A model generated the notes under the pieces. That model saw only the letters and a list, made by a program, of their open reading frames with translations, did no database searches and was not told where the DNA came from. Below are positions 10,171-18,449 of a stretch of DNA of 58,914 nt, piece by piece. This DNA comes from Candidatus Limnocylindria bacterium (GTDB taxonomy: Bacteria > Chloroflexota > Limnocylindria > QHBO01). The stretch lies in assembly GCA_044866355.1 (NCBI GenBank), contig JBIOTW010000037.1:1-58914 (forward strand), in the 5' to 3' direction. Within the stretch, counting starts at the first letter, position 1; every line of letters starts with the position of its first letter. The translations under genes were made by a program, and so were the position numbers.

Positions 10171-10875
10171 CTACTGCTGGCGCTGAATGGGCTCGGTGAT
10201 CACCCCTCTTAGAATCACCGTCTCCGGGATTAACAGAAAACCGGCCATGGGCGGTCCCCAGGCATAACACGCATAGGCGGTGACCTGGTTGGCGACGATT
10301 CGGCCTTGGCCCTCAGAGAGGTCGCTGGCCGTGTCTGTTGTCGCGTTGTAGAGACCCGCGTGGCAGGCGATCAGCTCGGGGTTGAGTCCCGGGTCGTGGC
10401 CGTCAATGAGGCAGGGCGCCCACGTGCTCGACTGCCCGGCGACGGTGCCGTTCGGCGGTGCGTCGATGCTTCCAGTGGCGTCGTCGACCCATCCAGACCA
10501 GCACGCCGTGACATTCAACGCCGAGGCAGGAAGGCCGAATACTTTGTCCCGGGCGGCGTTCGTCATTTCCGGCCACGGGTCGGGGTTCCCACTCCCGTCC
10601 AGCGTCTCGGGCGCATCACAGCGGTAGTACCTGCCCGTTCCGCTAGTCGGATCGATCACTGGGTCGAGGGTCGAAACAGTCGGACATTGCGCGGTGGCGC
10701 TGTGGATTGCGGCATGACGCGCCGCCTCGCGGGCGGCATTGGTCACCTGCTGCTGATAGAAGACGCCGATCCCGATGACGATGATTCCCATGAAGACGAC
10801 CAGGAAGAGTGGAAAGGCTAGCGCCAGTTCGACCATGGTCTGTCCCCGCGTTGAGCGAGCGGTCAGGCGCAGCAT
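10171..10875 (-). CDS. TadE family minor pilin
   Basis: RG|QTMVELALAFP...NAAREAARHA. Confidence 0.9.
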   Translation of the reverse strand: MLRLTARSTRGQTMVELALAFPLFLVVFMGIIVIGIGVFYQQQVTNAAREAARHAAIHSATAQCPTVSTLDPVIDPTSGTGRYYRCDAPETLDGSGNPDPWPEMTNAARDKVFGLPASALNVTACWSGWVDDATGSIDAPPNGTVAGQSSTWAPCLIDGHDPGLNPELIACHAGLYNATTDTASDLSEGQGRIVANQVTAYACYAWGPPMAGFLLIPETVILRGVITEPIQRQQ

Positions 10876-11498
10876 CAGTAGTCGCCCACGACAAAGTGCC
10901 GGTCACGCTGCATCCAGATGTCACCAAGGGAAAGCGACGCACCAAATGGGAGTTCGAAATGGAGGTTGAAGAGTGTGGTGAAGTGGTAGCAGGCGCGCAC
11001 CTCGACATATGGCACCGCAGTTAGACCTGGTGGCGCCGGAGCCACATTCGAGGGGTCTGCTGTCGCCGCCCAAGCGTCGATGGCGGTGCATTCCGGCGGG
11101 ACGGCAGCTTTGGGCTGGCCGCATGAAGGATCGGCACCGTACTGATCGTGCACGCAGGCGGCGGCCACCGGCATGGTGCAGTTTCCCGAACCGTCAACCG
11201 CTAGGTTGGGGAGTACCTGCGCCTCGCTGCAAAGTACGTCCAGCGCAACGTCGTGGATCCGTTGGTAGTCCGTCGCTGAAGGCGCGGGAGTGTTACGGAT
11301 AACCTGCTGAAGTTCCTGGGCGGCGGCCTCGGCTGCGTCCCGCGCGGCGGCTTCCATCGTGATGCCAGCAGTGAAGACCCTGCCGAAATCCACGACACCC
11401 AGGAGAATCACGAGGAGCAGCGGGAGAATAAGGGCGAACTCGACGAGAGTCTGCCCCCCTGGGTGTTCCGTTCTGCCTCGTGCTGCTCGGACGATCAT
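10875..11498 (-). CDS. TadE family minor pilin
   Basis: GG|QTLVEFALILP...DFGR...AAARDAA. TGATG coupling to the next gene. Start 11498 (alternative 11537). Confidence 0.9.
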   Translation of the reverse strand: MIVRAARGRTEHPGGQTLVEFALILPLLLVILLGVVDFGRVFTAGITMEAAARDAAEAAAQELQQVIRNTPAPSATDYQRIHDVALDVLCSEAQVLPNLAVDGSGNCTMPVAAACVHDQYGADPSCGQPKAAVPPECTAIDAWAATADPSNVAPAPPGLTAVPYVEVRACYHFTTLFNLHFELPFGASLSLGDIWMQRDRHFVVGDY

Positions 11499-11687
11499 CG
11501 CTCCCCCCACCAATCGTCTGACCGGGCAGCGCTGCATTCCCTGGGCTGACTTTAGTACCGTCGCTGCACAGTACGATCGGCGGGCACGGAGTGTAGACCG
11601 GCCACGCTTGCAGGCAACCTTACAGAACCGGCCCTAACTCAACCCCCGGCGCGCGCGCGCACCACTTTCGGACGGCCCCATTCGAGC

Positions 11688-12284
11688 ATGGAACGTGTAC
11701 TCGTCCTCCCACGCGAATCGGTCCCTGGAGGCTGCGACTTCCTTGGGCTGAAGCCGATGGGCGACTCCGATCTCGGGGACATCCGCCGCGCGGTGGCCGC
11801 CGATGGCCGCTGGCTCGAACGCAGTCGCGCCGAGGAGGACCCGAGCCACAAGCAGCCGATTCCCTACGTCGTGGTGCGGGATGCGGACCAGGTGTTCCTG
11901 ATGGAGCGAACCGACGCCGGTGCCGATGCACGACTCCACCGGCGGGCCACCATCGGGGTGGGTGGCCATCTCAACCCGGTTGACGCCGGCCCCGACCCGC
12001 TTGGATCCGGGCTTGGGCGCGAGTGGGGCGAGGAGCTCAGCGCGGACTGGGAGCCCGAATTCATCCCCATCGGCCTCCTCAACGACGATCGGAACCCGGT
12101 CGGATCGGTCCACTTGGGGATCGTCTTCGGGGTGGAGGCGGGCGGGCGTCCGATTGACGTGCGAGAGAAGGCCAAACTGTCCGGCCACCTCGCTCCCATC
12201 GAGGAGGTTTGGGCTGCCTGGGACCGGCTCGAGACGTGGTCGCAGCTGGTGGTCGAAGCGCTGTGGGGTCGTCAGCCCGGCTGA
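11688..12284 (+). CDS. NUDIX-like phosphoesterase (COG4112-type)
   Basis: AEEDPSHKQPIPY, IGVGGHLN, REWGEEL and VGSVHLG motifs. Confidence 0.85.
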   Translation: MERVLVLPRESVPGGCDFLGLKPMGDSDLGDIRRAVAADGRWLERSRAEEDPSHKQPIPYVVVRDADQVFLMERTDAGADARLHRRATIGVGGHLNPVDAGPDPLGSGLGREWGEELSADWEPEFIPIGLLNDDRNPVGSVHLGIVFGVEAGGRPIDVREKAKLSGHLAPIEEVWAAWDRLETWSQLVVEALWGRQPG

Positions 12285-12319
12285 CGGGCAGCTGGGCCGC
12301 CCGGCCCTATACTCGATCC

Positions 12320-13672
12320 GTGGCTTCGCTGCGACGAGCTGCCCTCCTGGCCCTCATTCTGCTCGGTATTGGTGGGGTGGCGGCAGCCGGCGAGCCGTCG
12401 GTCGCCGAGGTCGAGCTCACCGGGGTCATCGACCAGGTCAACGCCGCGTACGTGGAAGAGTCGGTCGAGGCCGCGGCCGCGGCCGGCGCGGTGGCCATCC
12501 TGATCGAGATCGACTCACCCGGCGGTGAGCTGACGAGCACCGACCGCATCGTCAAGGCCATCCTGAACAGCCCCATCCCGGTCATCACCTGGGTATCGCC
12601 ATCCGGCGGCCAGGCCGCGTCGGCGGCCACGTTCATCACGCTGGCGGGGGACGTCGCCGCCATGGCGCCACTGACCACCATCGGCGCCGCATCGGTGGTC
12701 GGCTCGGGAGGCGAAGAGCTGCCCGAGACCCTGTCCGCCAAGATCACGAACGACCTGGTGGCGGAGATCCGCGACCTGGCTGAATCACACGGCCGGAATG
12801 CGGACTGGGCCGAGTCGGCGGTCCGGGACGCGGCGAGCATCGGTGCGGACGACGCCGTAGAGCTGAGCCCACCCGTCGTGGACCTCACCGCATCTACGAC
12901 AGACGACCTGTTCGCTGCCATCGATATCGGCGAACGAGCCGACGGGTATGCCTATCGCTTCGAGGGCGAGTCCCTGCCGACCCTGAGCGGCCGTCCGCTC
13001 CTGCCGATCACCATGAACGTGGGCCAGGAGCTGCTCCATGTCCTGAGCGACCCGAACATCGCGTTCCTGCTGTTCACGATCGGCTTCTACGGGATCATCG
13101 CCGAGCTGTTTCACCCGAACTTCTTCTCGGGCATCGTGGGCGCGATCGCCATCGTGCTGGCCTTCATCGGCTCCAACAGCCTGCCCCTCAACCTGGGTGG
13201 CCTGCTGCTGGTCCTGATCGGGCTTGGCCTGTTCGCCCTCGAGCTGGTGATCACCTCGCATGGACTGCTGGCCGTGGGCGGAGCCATTGCGTTCATCTTC
13301 GGCGCCTTCGCGCTGTACACCGGCGTGGATGGGACGGATGCCATCCAGATTGAGCTGAACCCGATCTTCATCGTGCTTCCATTGGTGGTCGCCGTCGGGT
13401 TTCTGATTCTGGTCACACGTGGCATGGTCGAGATTCGCCGACGTCCGGCGCCCACTCAGCCCATGCTTGCGCTGGTCGGGGTGGCGGGCACGGCCCAGAC
13501 CCCGATCGCCCCCATCGGCATTGCTTCGGCAGCCGGCGAAACGTGGAGCGCCCGCAGTCGCGAAGGTCCCATTCGCCCCGGCCAGGCGTTGCGCGTGGTT
13601 GGGGTCAATGGATTGGAGTTGATCGTTGAGCCCGCCGACTCGGCGGACCGACCCACCACCGAGGAGGACTGA
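12320..13672 (+). CDS. nfeD: NfeD family membrane protease (second copy)
   Basis: IDSPGG, AASAATFI and AMAPLTTIGAAS motifs, TM block, OB-fold tail. GTG 6 nt after TATACT (12308-12313). Confidence 0.9.
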   Translation: MASLRRAALLALILLGIGGVAAAGEPSVAEVELTGVIDQVNAAYVEESVEAAAAAGAVAILIEIDSPGGELTSTDRIVKAILNSPIPVITWVSPSGGQAASAATFITLAGDVAAMAPLTTIGAASVVGSGGEELPETLSAKITNDLVAEIRDLAESHGRNADWAESAVRDAASIGADDAVELSPPVVDLTASTTDDLFAAIDIGERADGYAYRFEGESLPTLSGRPLLPITMNVGQELLHVLSDPNIAFLLFTIGFYGIIAELFHPNFFSGIVGAIAIVLAFIGSNSLPLNLGGLLLVLIGLGLFALELVITSHGLLAVGGAIAFIFGAFALYTGVDGTDAIQIELNPIFIVLPLVVAVGFLILVTRGMVEIRRRPAPTQPMLALVGVAGTAQTPIAPIGIASAAGETWSARSREGPIRPGQALRVVGVNGLELIVEPADSADRPTTEED

Positions 13673-13675
13673 CCG

Positions 13676-14584
13676 ATGGAATCCATCATCCCCATCATCA
13701 TCCTGGTCGTCGCGCTGGCCGTCGTGCTGTGGCTGCTGTACAGCGCCATCCACATCGTCCGCGAGTACGAGCGCCTGGTCGTCTTCTTCCTGGGCCGGCT
13801 CCAGGGAGCCCAGGGCCCGGGGCTGGTGCTGCTGATCCCGGTCATCCAGCAATCGGTCAAGGTGGATCTGCGTGAGCGATTCCTGGAGATTCCCCAGCAG
13901 AGCTGCATCACCAAGGACAACGCTCCAATCAGCATCGACTTCCTGGTCTATTCCAAGGTCTTCGAGCCGGAGACGACGGTGACCCAGGTGGTGGACTTCA
14001 CGGGCGCCTCGCAGGCGCTGGCTGCGACCACCCTGCGAGCCGTGATCGGGGACATCCCATTGGACGACGTGCTGGCCAAGCGGGAGGAGATCAACACCAT
14101 CCTGCGCACCAAGCTCGACGAGACGACGCACCGCTGGGGCGTCAAGATCACGACTGTCGAGATCCGCGAGATCGTCCCGCCGCGCGACATCCAGGACGCC
14201 ATGAATCGCCAGATGAGCGCCGAGCGCAACCGGCGGGCGGTGATCACCGAGTCGGAGGGCACGCGGCAGGCCTCGATCAACGTAGCCGAGGGTGACAAGC
14301 AGAGCACCATCCTGCGGGCCGAGGGTGACAAGCAGAGCGCCATCCTGCGGGCCGAGGGCGAGCGCCAGGCCCAGGCTCTGCGGGCCGAGGGATACGGCAC
14401 GGCCCTGACTACGATCTTCGGGGCGGCCAGCGGAGTGGACGAAAAGACGATGCAGATTCAGTACCTCGAGGTCCTCAAGTCGCTTGCCAACTCCGAGAGC
14501 AAGACCTGGGTGGTGCCGATGGAGCTGACCGATCTGACGCGCCGGATTGGCGCCTCCCTGATCGGCGGTTCGGAGGATCGCTGA
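13676..14584 (+). CDS. SPFH domain protein (QmcA/paraslipin-like)
   Basis: VREYERLVVFFLGR, ITKDN, WGVKITTVEI and AMNRQMSAER motifs. SD GAGGAGG. Confidence 0.92.
   Translation: MESIIPIIILVVALAVVLWLLYSAIHIVREYERLVVFFLGRLQGAQGPGLVLLIPVIQQSVKVDLRERFLEIPQQSCITKDNAPISIDFLVYSKVFEPETTVTQVVDFTGASQALAATTLRAVIGDIPLDDVLAKREEINTILRTKLDETTHRWGVKITTVEIREIVPPRDIQDAMNRQMSAERNRRAVITESEGTRQASINVAEGDKQSTILRAEGDKQSAILRAEGERQAQALRAEGYGTALTTIFGAASGVDEKTMQIQYLEVLKSLANSESKTWVVPMELTDLTRRIGASLIGGSEDR
14285..14383 (+). repeat. 33-bp in-frame tandem repeat (AEGDKQSxILR-like x3) in the SPFH gene
   Basis: GCCGAGGGTGACAAGCAGAGC(A/G)CCATCCTGCGG twice plus one degenerate copy. Confidence 0.85.
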
Positions 14585-14592
14585 TCACGCGA

Positions 14593-15522
14593 TTGGCCGG
14601 GATCGGGCGTCGCGGCCTGCTGGCCTGGCTGGGCGGGCTGGGATCGGCGCTGGCCGCGGGCTATCTCGGCTACCTGGGGGTGGTTGGATCCCGTCGTGTC
14701 GTAGCGCCGACCCTCCATGCCCTGGACGAGGTCGAAGGGTTGGCGGGCTCGCCTGCCGAGCTGGGCCTTCCTCACGAGGAGATCCGCTTCACAACCGATG
14801 ATGGGGTGACGCTCGACGGCTGGCTGATCCCGGCCGCGCGCGAGACCCGGGCCGCGGTGATCCTCCTTCACGGCTTCTCGTGGCATCGCCTGCCGTGGCT
14901 GTCGTTCTTCGTCCCGTGGCTCCGGCAGCGCTACCACGTCCTCCAGTTCGATTTCCGCGGGCATGGCGCGTCGGACCCGGCCGCCATCACGCTCGGGACG
15001 AGGGAGCGGCGCGACGTGGCCGCAGCCGTCCGCCTGCTCGAGGGGCGTGGCCTGGGACCGATCGCCCTGTTCGGGGTCAGCATGGGCGGCGCGACAGCCA
15101 TCATCGCGGCGCCGGAGCTGCCGGTGGCCGCGGTCGTCGCCGATGCGGCCTACGCGGACATTCGCCACCCAATCGCCAACCGGATGCGCGAGCTGCGCCT
15201 GCCGTTTCCCGGACTCGGCTCGCGGCTGATCATCGCCGGCGCCGCGCTGCGCTCTCGGACCCGGCTCATCTCGCCGATCGATCGAGTTGCCGCGATTGCG
15301 CCGCGCGGCCTGCTCCTCATCGCGCCGCGGCTGGATCGGCTCGTCAGCTGGCGCCAGTCGGTTCGTCTGTACGAGTCTGCGGGTGACCCGAAGGAGCTCA
15401 TGGTGGTGGATGGGGCGGAGCACGGAGAGGCTCGGGCCGTTGGGGGAGACGCCTACGAGCGACGGGTGCTCGGATTCCTCGAGCGGTATCTCGAGCCGGG
15501 GACTTCCCGGACCCTGGCTTAG
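14593..15522 (+). CDS. Alpha/beta fold hydrolase, N-terminally membrane anchored
   Basis: LHGF, FDFRGHGAS, nucleophile GVSMG, distal His in GAEH. Confidence 0.9.
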   Translation: MAGIGRRGLLAWLGGLGSALAAGYLGYLGVVGSRRVVAPTLHALDEVEGLAGSPAELGLPHEEIRFTTDDGVTLDGWLIPAARETRAAVILLHGFSWHRLPWLSFFVPWLRQRYHVLQFDFRGHGASDPAAITLGTRERRDVAAAVRLLEGRGLGPIALFGVSMGGATAIIAAPELPVAAVVADAAYADIRHPIANRMRELRLPFPGLGSRLIIAGAALRSRTRLISPIDRVAAIAPRGLLLIAPRLDRLVSWRQSVRLYESAGDPKELMVVDGAEHGEARAVGGDAYERRVLGFLERYLEPGTSRTLA

Positions 15523-15603
15523 GAGCGCGTGGGCAGCCGACTATAATCCGCGCCACCCGGGCCGGGCGGACCTGCCGGACCGGCCGGGCTCGCGCGAGGG
15601 CCC

Positions 15604-16785
15604 ATGGCAGTCAAGGTCCTGGTCGTCGACGACGACCTGAACATCCAGCGTGTCCTGAGCTTCACCCTCAAGCAGGAGGGTTTCGAGGTTCTGCTCGCCG
15701 GAGATGGGGAGAGCGGGGTAGCGGCCGCCGCCGAGCAGTTGCCCGACCTGATCCTCATGGACGCCGCGCTGCCGGGCATCGACGGCTACCAGGCCATCAC
15801 TCAGATTCGTGCCGCGGAGCACGCCGGTCGACGTGTCCCGATCCTCCTCCTCACCGCCGAGGCCGACATCGGGCTGCGGGTCAAGGGCCTGCGGGCGGGC
15901 GCCGATGACGACATCGTCAAGCCCTTCCACCCCGCCGAGCTCATGGCTCGGATCAAGGCCCTCCTGGCCCGCAGCGGGCTGGGCGGCACGCGGGCGGACG
16001 CCGCGCAGGCCACGCTCCGGCGGGTGGTTGTGTTCTACGGGGCCAAGGGAGGCGTCGGCAACACGACGTTGGCCATCAACACTGCCATCGCGCTTGCCGC
16101 GGAGCACCAACGCCGGGTCGCCCTGGTGGACGCCAACCTGCAGTTCGGTGACCTGCGGGTCTTCCTGGACCTCAAGCTCGATACCGCGTCGATCGTGAAC
16201 GCCATATCCGAACCCGAGCTCGACGCCGATCTCCTGCGCCGGCTGGTGCTGTCCCATGCGTCCGGCGTGGACCTCCTGCTGGCGCCGACGGCCCCGGAGC
16301 AGGCCGACCTGGTCATGGAGAGCCATCGGAGCTCCCCGGACGCGCTGACCAACGTGCTCGAGATCATGCGTGGGCTGTACGACTACACCGTCATCGACGC
16401 CGCGCGCAGCCTCGATGACGTGACGATCCACCTCTTCGACGAGGCCGACGTCGTGTACGTGGTCCTGACCGCCGACCTCTCGTGCCTGAAGAACGTCCAG
16501 CTCGTGCTGAAGACGATGACCGAGCTGGGGTATTCGCGCGACAAGGTCCAGCTCGTCCTGAACCGATCGAATGCGTTCACCGGGATCAACATCGCGAACG
16601 CAGAGAGCGTGCTGGGGCGGCCCATCCAGCACAAGGTCATCAACGAGTACCGCGCCGCCATCGGGTCCCTGAACTCCGGCGCGCCGTTCATGATCAGCCG
16701 CCCCGGGAGCCCGCTGGCGCGGGCGGTTGGGGACTTCGCCAATGCCGTGGACCGCGAGCTCTCGAAGGTGGAGGTCGAAGCCTGA
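15604..16785 (+). CDS. Response regulator receiver fused to CpaE/TadZ (MinD-like) ATPase
   Basis: VLVVDDD...DLILMD...KPF receiver; GAKGGVGNTT deviant Walker A; LVDANLQFGD; GVDLLLAP. TATAAT at 15542 upstream. Confidence 0.88.
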   Translation: MAVKVLVVDDDLNIQRVLSFTLKQEGFEVLLAGDGESGVAAAAEQLPDLILMDAALPGIDGYQAITQIRAAEHAGRRVPILLLTAEADIGLRVKGLRAGADDDIVKPFHPAELMARIKALLARSGLGGTRADAAQATLRRVVVFYGAKGGVGNTTLAINTAIALAAEHQRRVALVDANLQFGDLRVFLDLKLDTASIVNAISEPELDADLLRRLVLSHASGVDLLLAPTAPEQADLVMESHRSSPDALTNVLEIMRGLYDYTVIDAARSLDDVTIHLFDEADVVYVVLTADLSCLKNVQLVLKTMTELGYSRDKVQLVLNRSNAFTGINIANAESVLGRPIQHKVINEYRAAIGSLNSGAPFMISRPGSPLARAVGDFANAVDRELSKVEVEA

Positions 16786-16949
16786 CCGAGGCGCCCCGGA
16801 CAAACCCGGTCTGACAAGCGCGGCCTAAGCGCCCGATAACGCCCCCGACCCAGACTGCATCCCGCCGGTCGCCGCCGGATCAGGGAGGCGAGCAGGCGGC
16901 GCGCCGGCACTTCCATCTCGACGCTGCGCCTCCACGCGGGGTGGAGCGG

Positions 16950-18449
16950 TTGCTGGCGGAAACGGTGAGTGCCTCGCTCCGCGGCGTGGAGGCGGTGCCG
17001 GTCCGGGTCGAGGTGGACGTTGCCTTTGGCCTGCCCGGGCTGACGATCGTGGGCCTGGCCGGCAGCGCCGTGCAGGAGGCGCGCGAGCGAGTCCGTAGCG
17101 CCGTGCGGAACAGCGGGTTCGAAGTCCCGGCCCGGCGGATCACCGTCAACCTGGCCCCGGCCGATCTGCCCAAGGAAGGCACCGCGCACGACCTGGCCAT
17201 CGGCATCGGGCTGCTGGCAGCTTCGGGCCAGCTCGACGCGGACCTGGCCCACACGGCGCTCCTGGCCGAGCTGGCCCTCGACGGGTCGCTGCGGCCGGTG
17301 GCGGGAACCCTGGCCCTGGTGGCCGCGGCTCGCGACGCCGGCCGCCGATCTGCCGTCGTGGCGCGTGACGATCTGGTCGAGGCGGCGGCCGTTCGCGGGA
17401 TCGCCGTGCACGGTGCCACCTCGCTCGGCGAGGCCGTGGCCCACCTGGCCGGTGTCCGCAGGCTGCCCGCGGCGGACCCCACACCGCTGCCGGCTCGGCA
17501 GCCGGTGGGACCCGGCACCGACCTGCGCGATGTCATCGGTCAGCCCCTCGCCCGGCGCGCGCTGGAGATTGCGTTGGCCGGCGGCCACAACCTGGCCCTG
17601 GTCGGCCCGCCGGGTGTCGGCAAGACCCTGCTCCTGTCGTCTGTCCCCGGTCTGCTACCGCCGTTGGACGACCAGGAGGCGGTGGAGGTCAGCCGCATCT
17701 ACTCCGTGGCGGGGCTGGTCGACCGTCGCCGGCCGTTGACGCGCCTCCGGCCCGTCAGGGCGCCCCACCACACCGTCTCGGTGCAGGCCCTCGTGGGCGG
17801 GGGCGAGCGGATTCGACCCGGCGAGGCCAGCCTCGCCCACCGGGGCGTGCTGGTCCTGGACGAGCTTCTCCAGTTTCGGCCCGATGCCCTCGACGCGCTC
17901 CGACAGCCCATCGAGGCGGGGGAGGTGGCCATCGCTCGGGTCGAGGGCTCGCTGCGCCTGCCGGCCCGCTTCACGCTGCTGGTGGCCTTCAACCCCTGCC
18001 CGTGTGGGTGGCTCGGGTCGCGCTCTCACGCGTGCGACTGCGACCCATCCGCCGTCCAACGCTACGTACGTCGGCTCTCGGGCCCGCTGCGCGACCGGAT
18101 CGACCTGTGGGTCGTGCTCGACGAGCCTCGTCGACTCACGGCGGACGCGAGCACGGAGGCGAGCGCTGCCGTGGCCGCGCGCATCGAGGCTGGATGGTCG
18201 TGCCAGCGCTCACGGCAGAGCGGACCCAACGCCGCGCTGGGCCCGGAAGCGCTGGATCCGGAATTCGGCTTCGGACCGGAAGCAATGCGCACCCTGACGG
18301 CGCTGGCGCGCGGCCTGCGGCTGTCTCCGCGTCGAGTGCATCGGGCCGCCTGGATGGCGCGGACGATCGCTGACCTGCAGAGCGCGCCATCTGTTCGGAC
18401 CGAGCATGTCGAGGAGGCGTTGCGGTATCGCCCGCCGGCGGTGCGGTGA
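16950..18449 (+). CDS. comM: ComM/YifB Mg-chelatase-like AAA+ ATPase
   Basis: RITVNLAPADLPKEG, GPPGVGKT, RAPHH, PGEASLAHRGVLVLDE, NPCPCG and LSGPLRDRID motifs. Start TTG 16950 or GTG 16941. Confidence 0.95.
   Translation: MLAETVSASLRGVEAVPVRVEVDVAFGLPGLTIVGLAGSAVQEARERVRSAVRNSGFEVPARRITVNLAPADLPKEGTAHDLAIGIGLLAASGQLDADLAHTALLAELALDGSLRPVAGTLALVAAARDAGRRSAVVARDDLVEAAAVRGIAVHGATSLGEAVAHLAGVRRLPAADPTPLPARQPVGPGTDLRDVIGQPLARRALEIALAGGHNLALVGPPGVGKTLLLSSVPGLLPPLDDQEAVEVSRIYSVAGLVDRRRPLTRLRPVRAPHHTVSVQALVGGGERIRPGEASLAHRGVLVLDELLQFRPDALDALRQPIEAGEVAIARVEGSLRLPARFTLLVAFNPCPCGWLGSRSHACDCDPSAVQRYVRRLSGPLRDRIDLWVVLDEPRRLTADASTEASAAVAARIEAGWSCQRSRQSGPNAALGPEALDPEFGFGPEAMRTLTALARGLRLSPRRVHRAAWMARTIADLQSAPSVRTEHVEEALRYRPPAVR

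Noticed and set aside
11649-11660. (GC)6 tract as a Z-DNA element at the Tad cassette edge
   Set aside because: Too short to be distinguished from chance in such GC-rich sequence.
16790-16870. c-di-GMP-I riboswitch (GGACAAACC...CCTAAG resemblance)
   Set aside because: Lacks the GNRA loop/receptor and GCAAA junction. An Rfam scan would be decisive.
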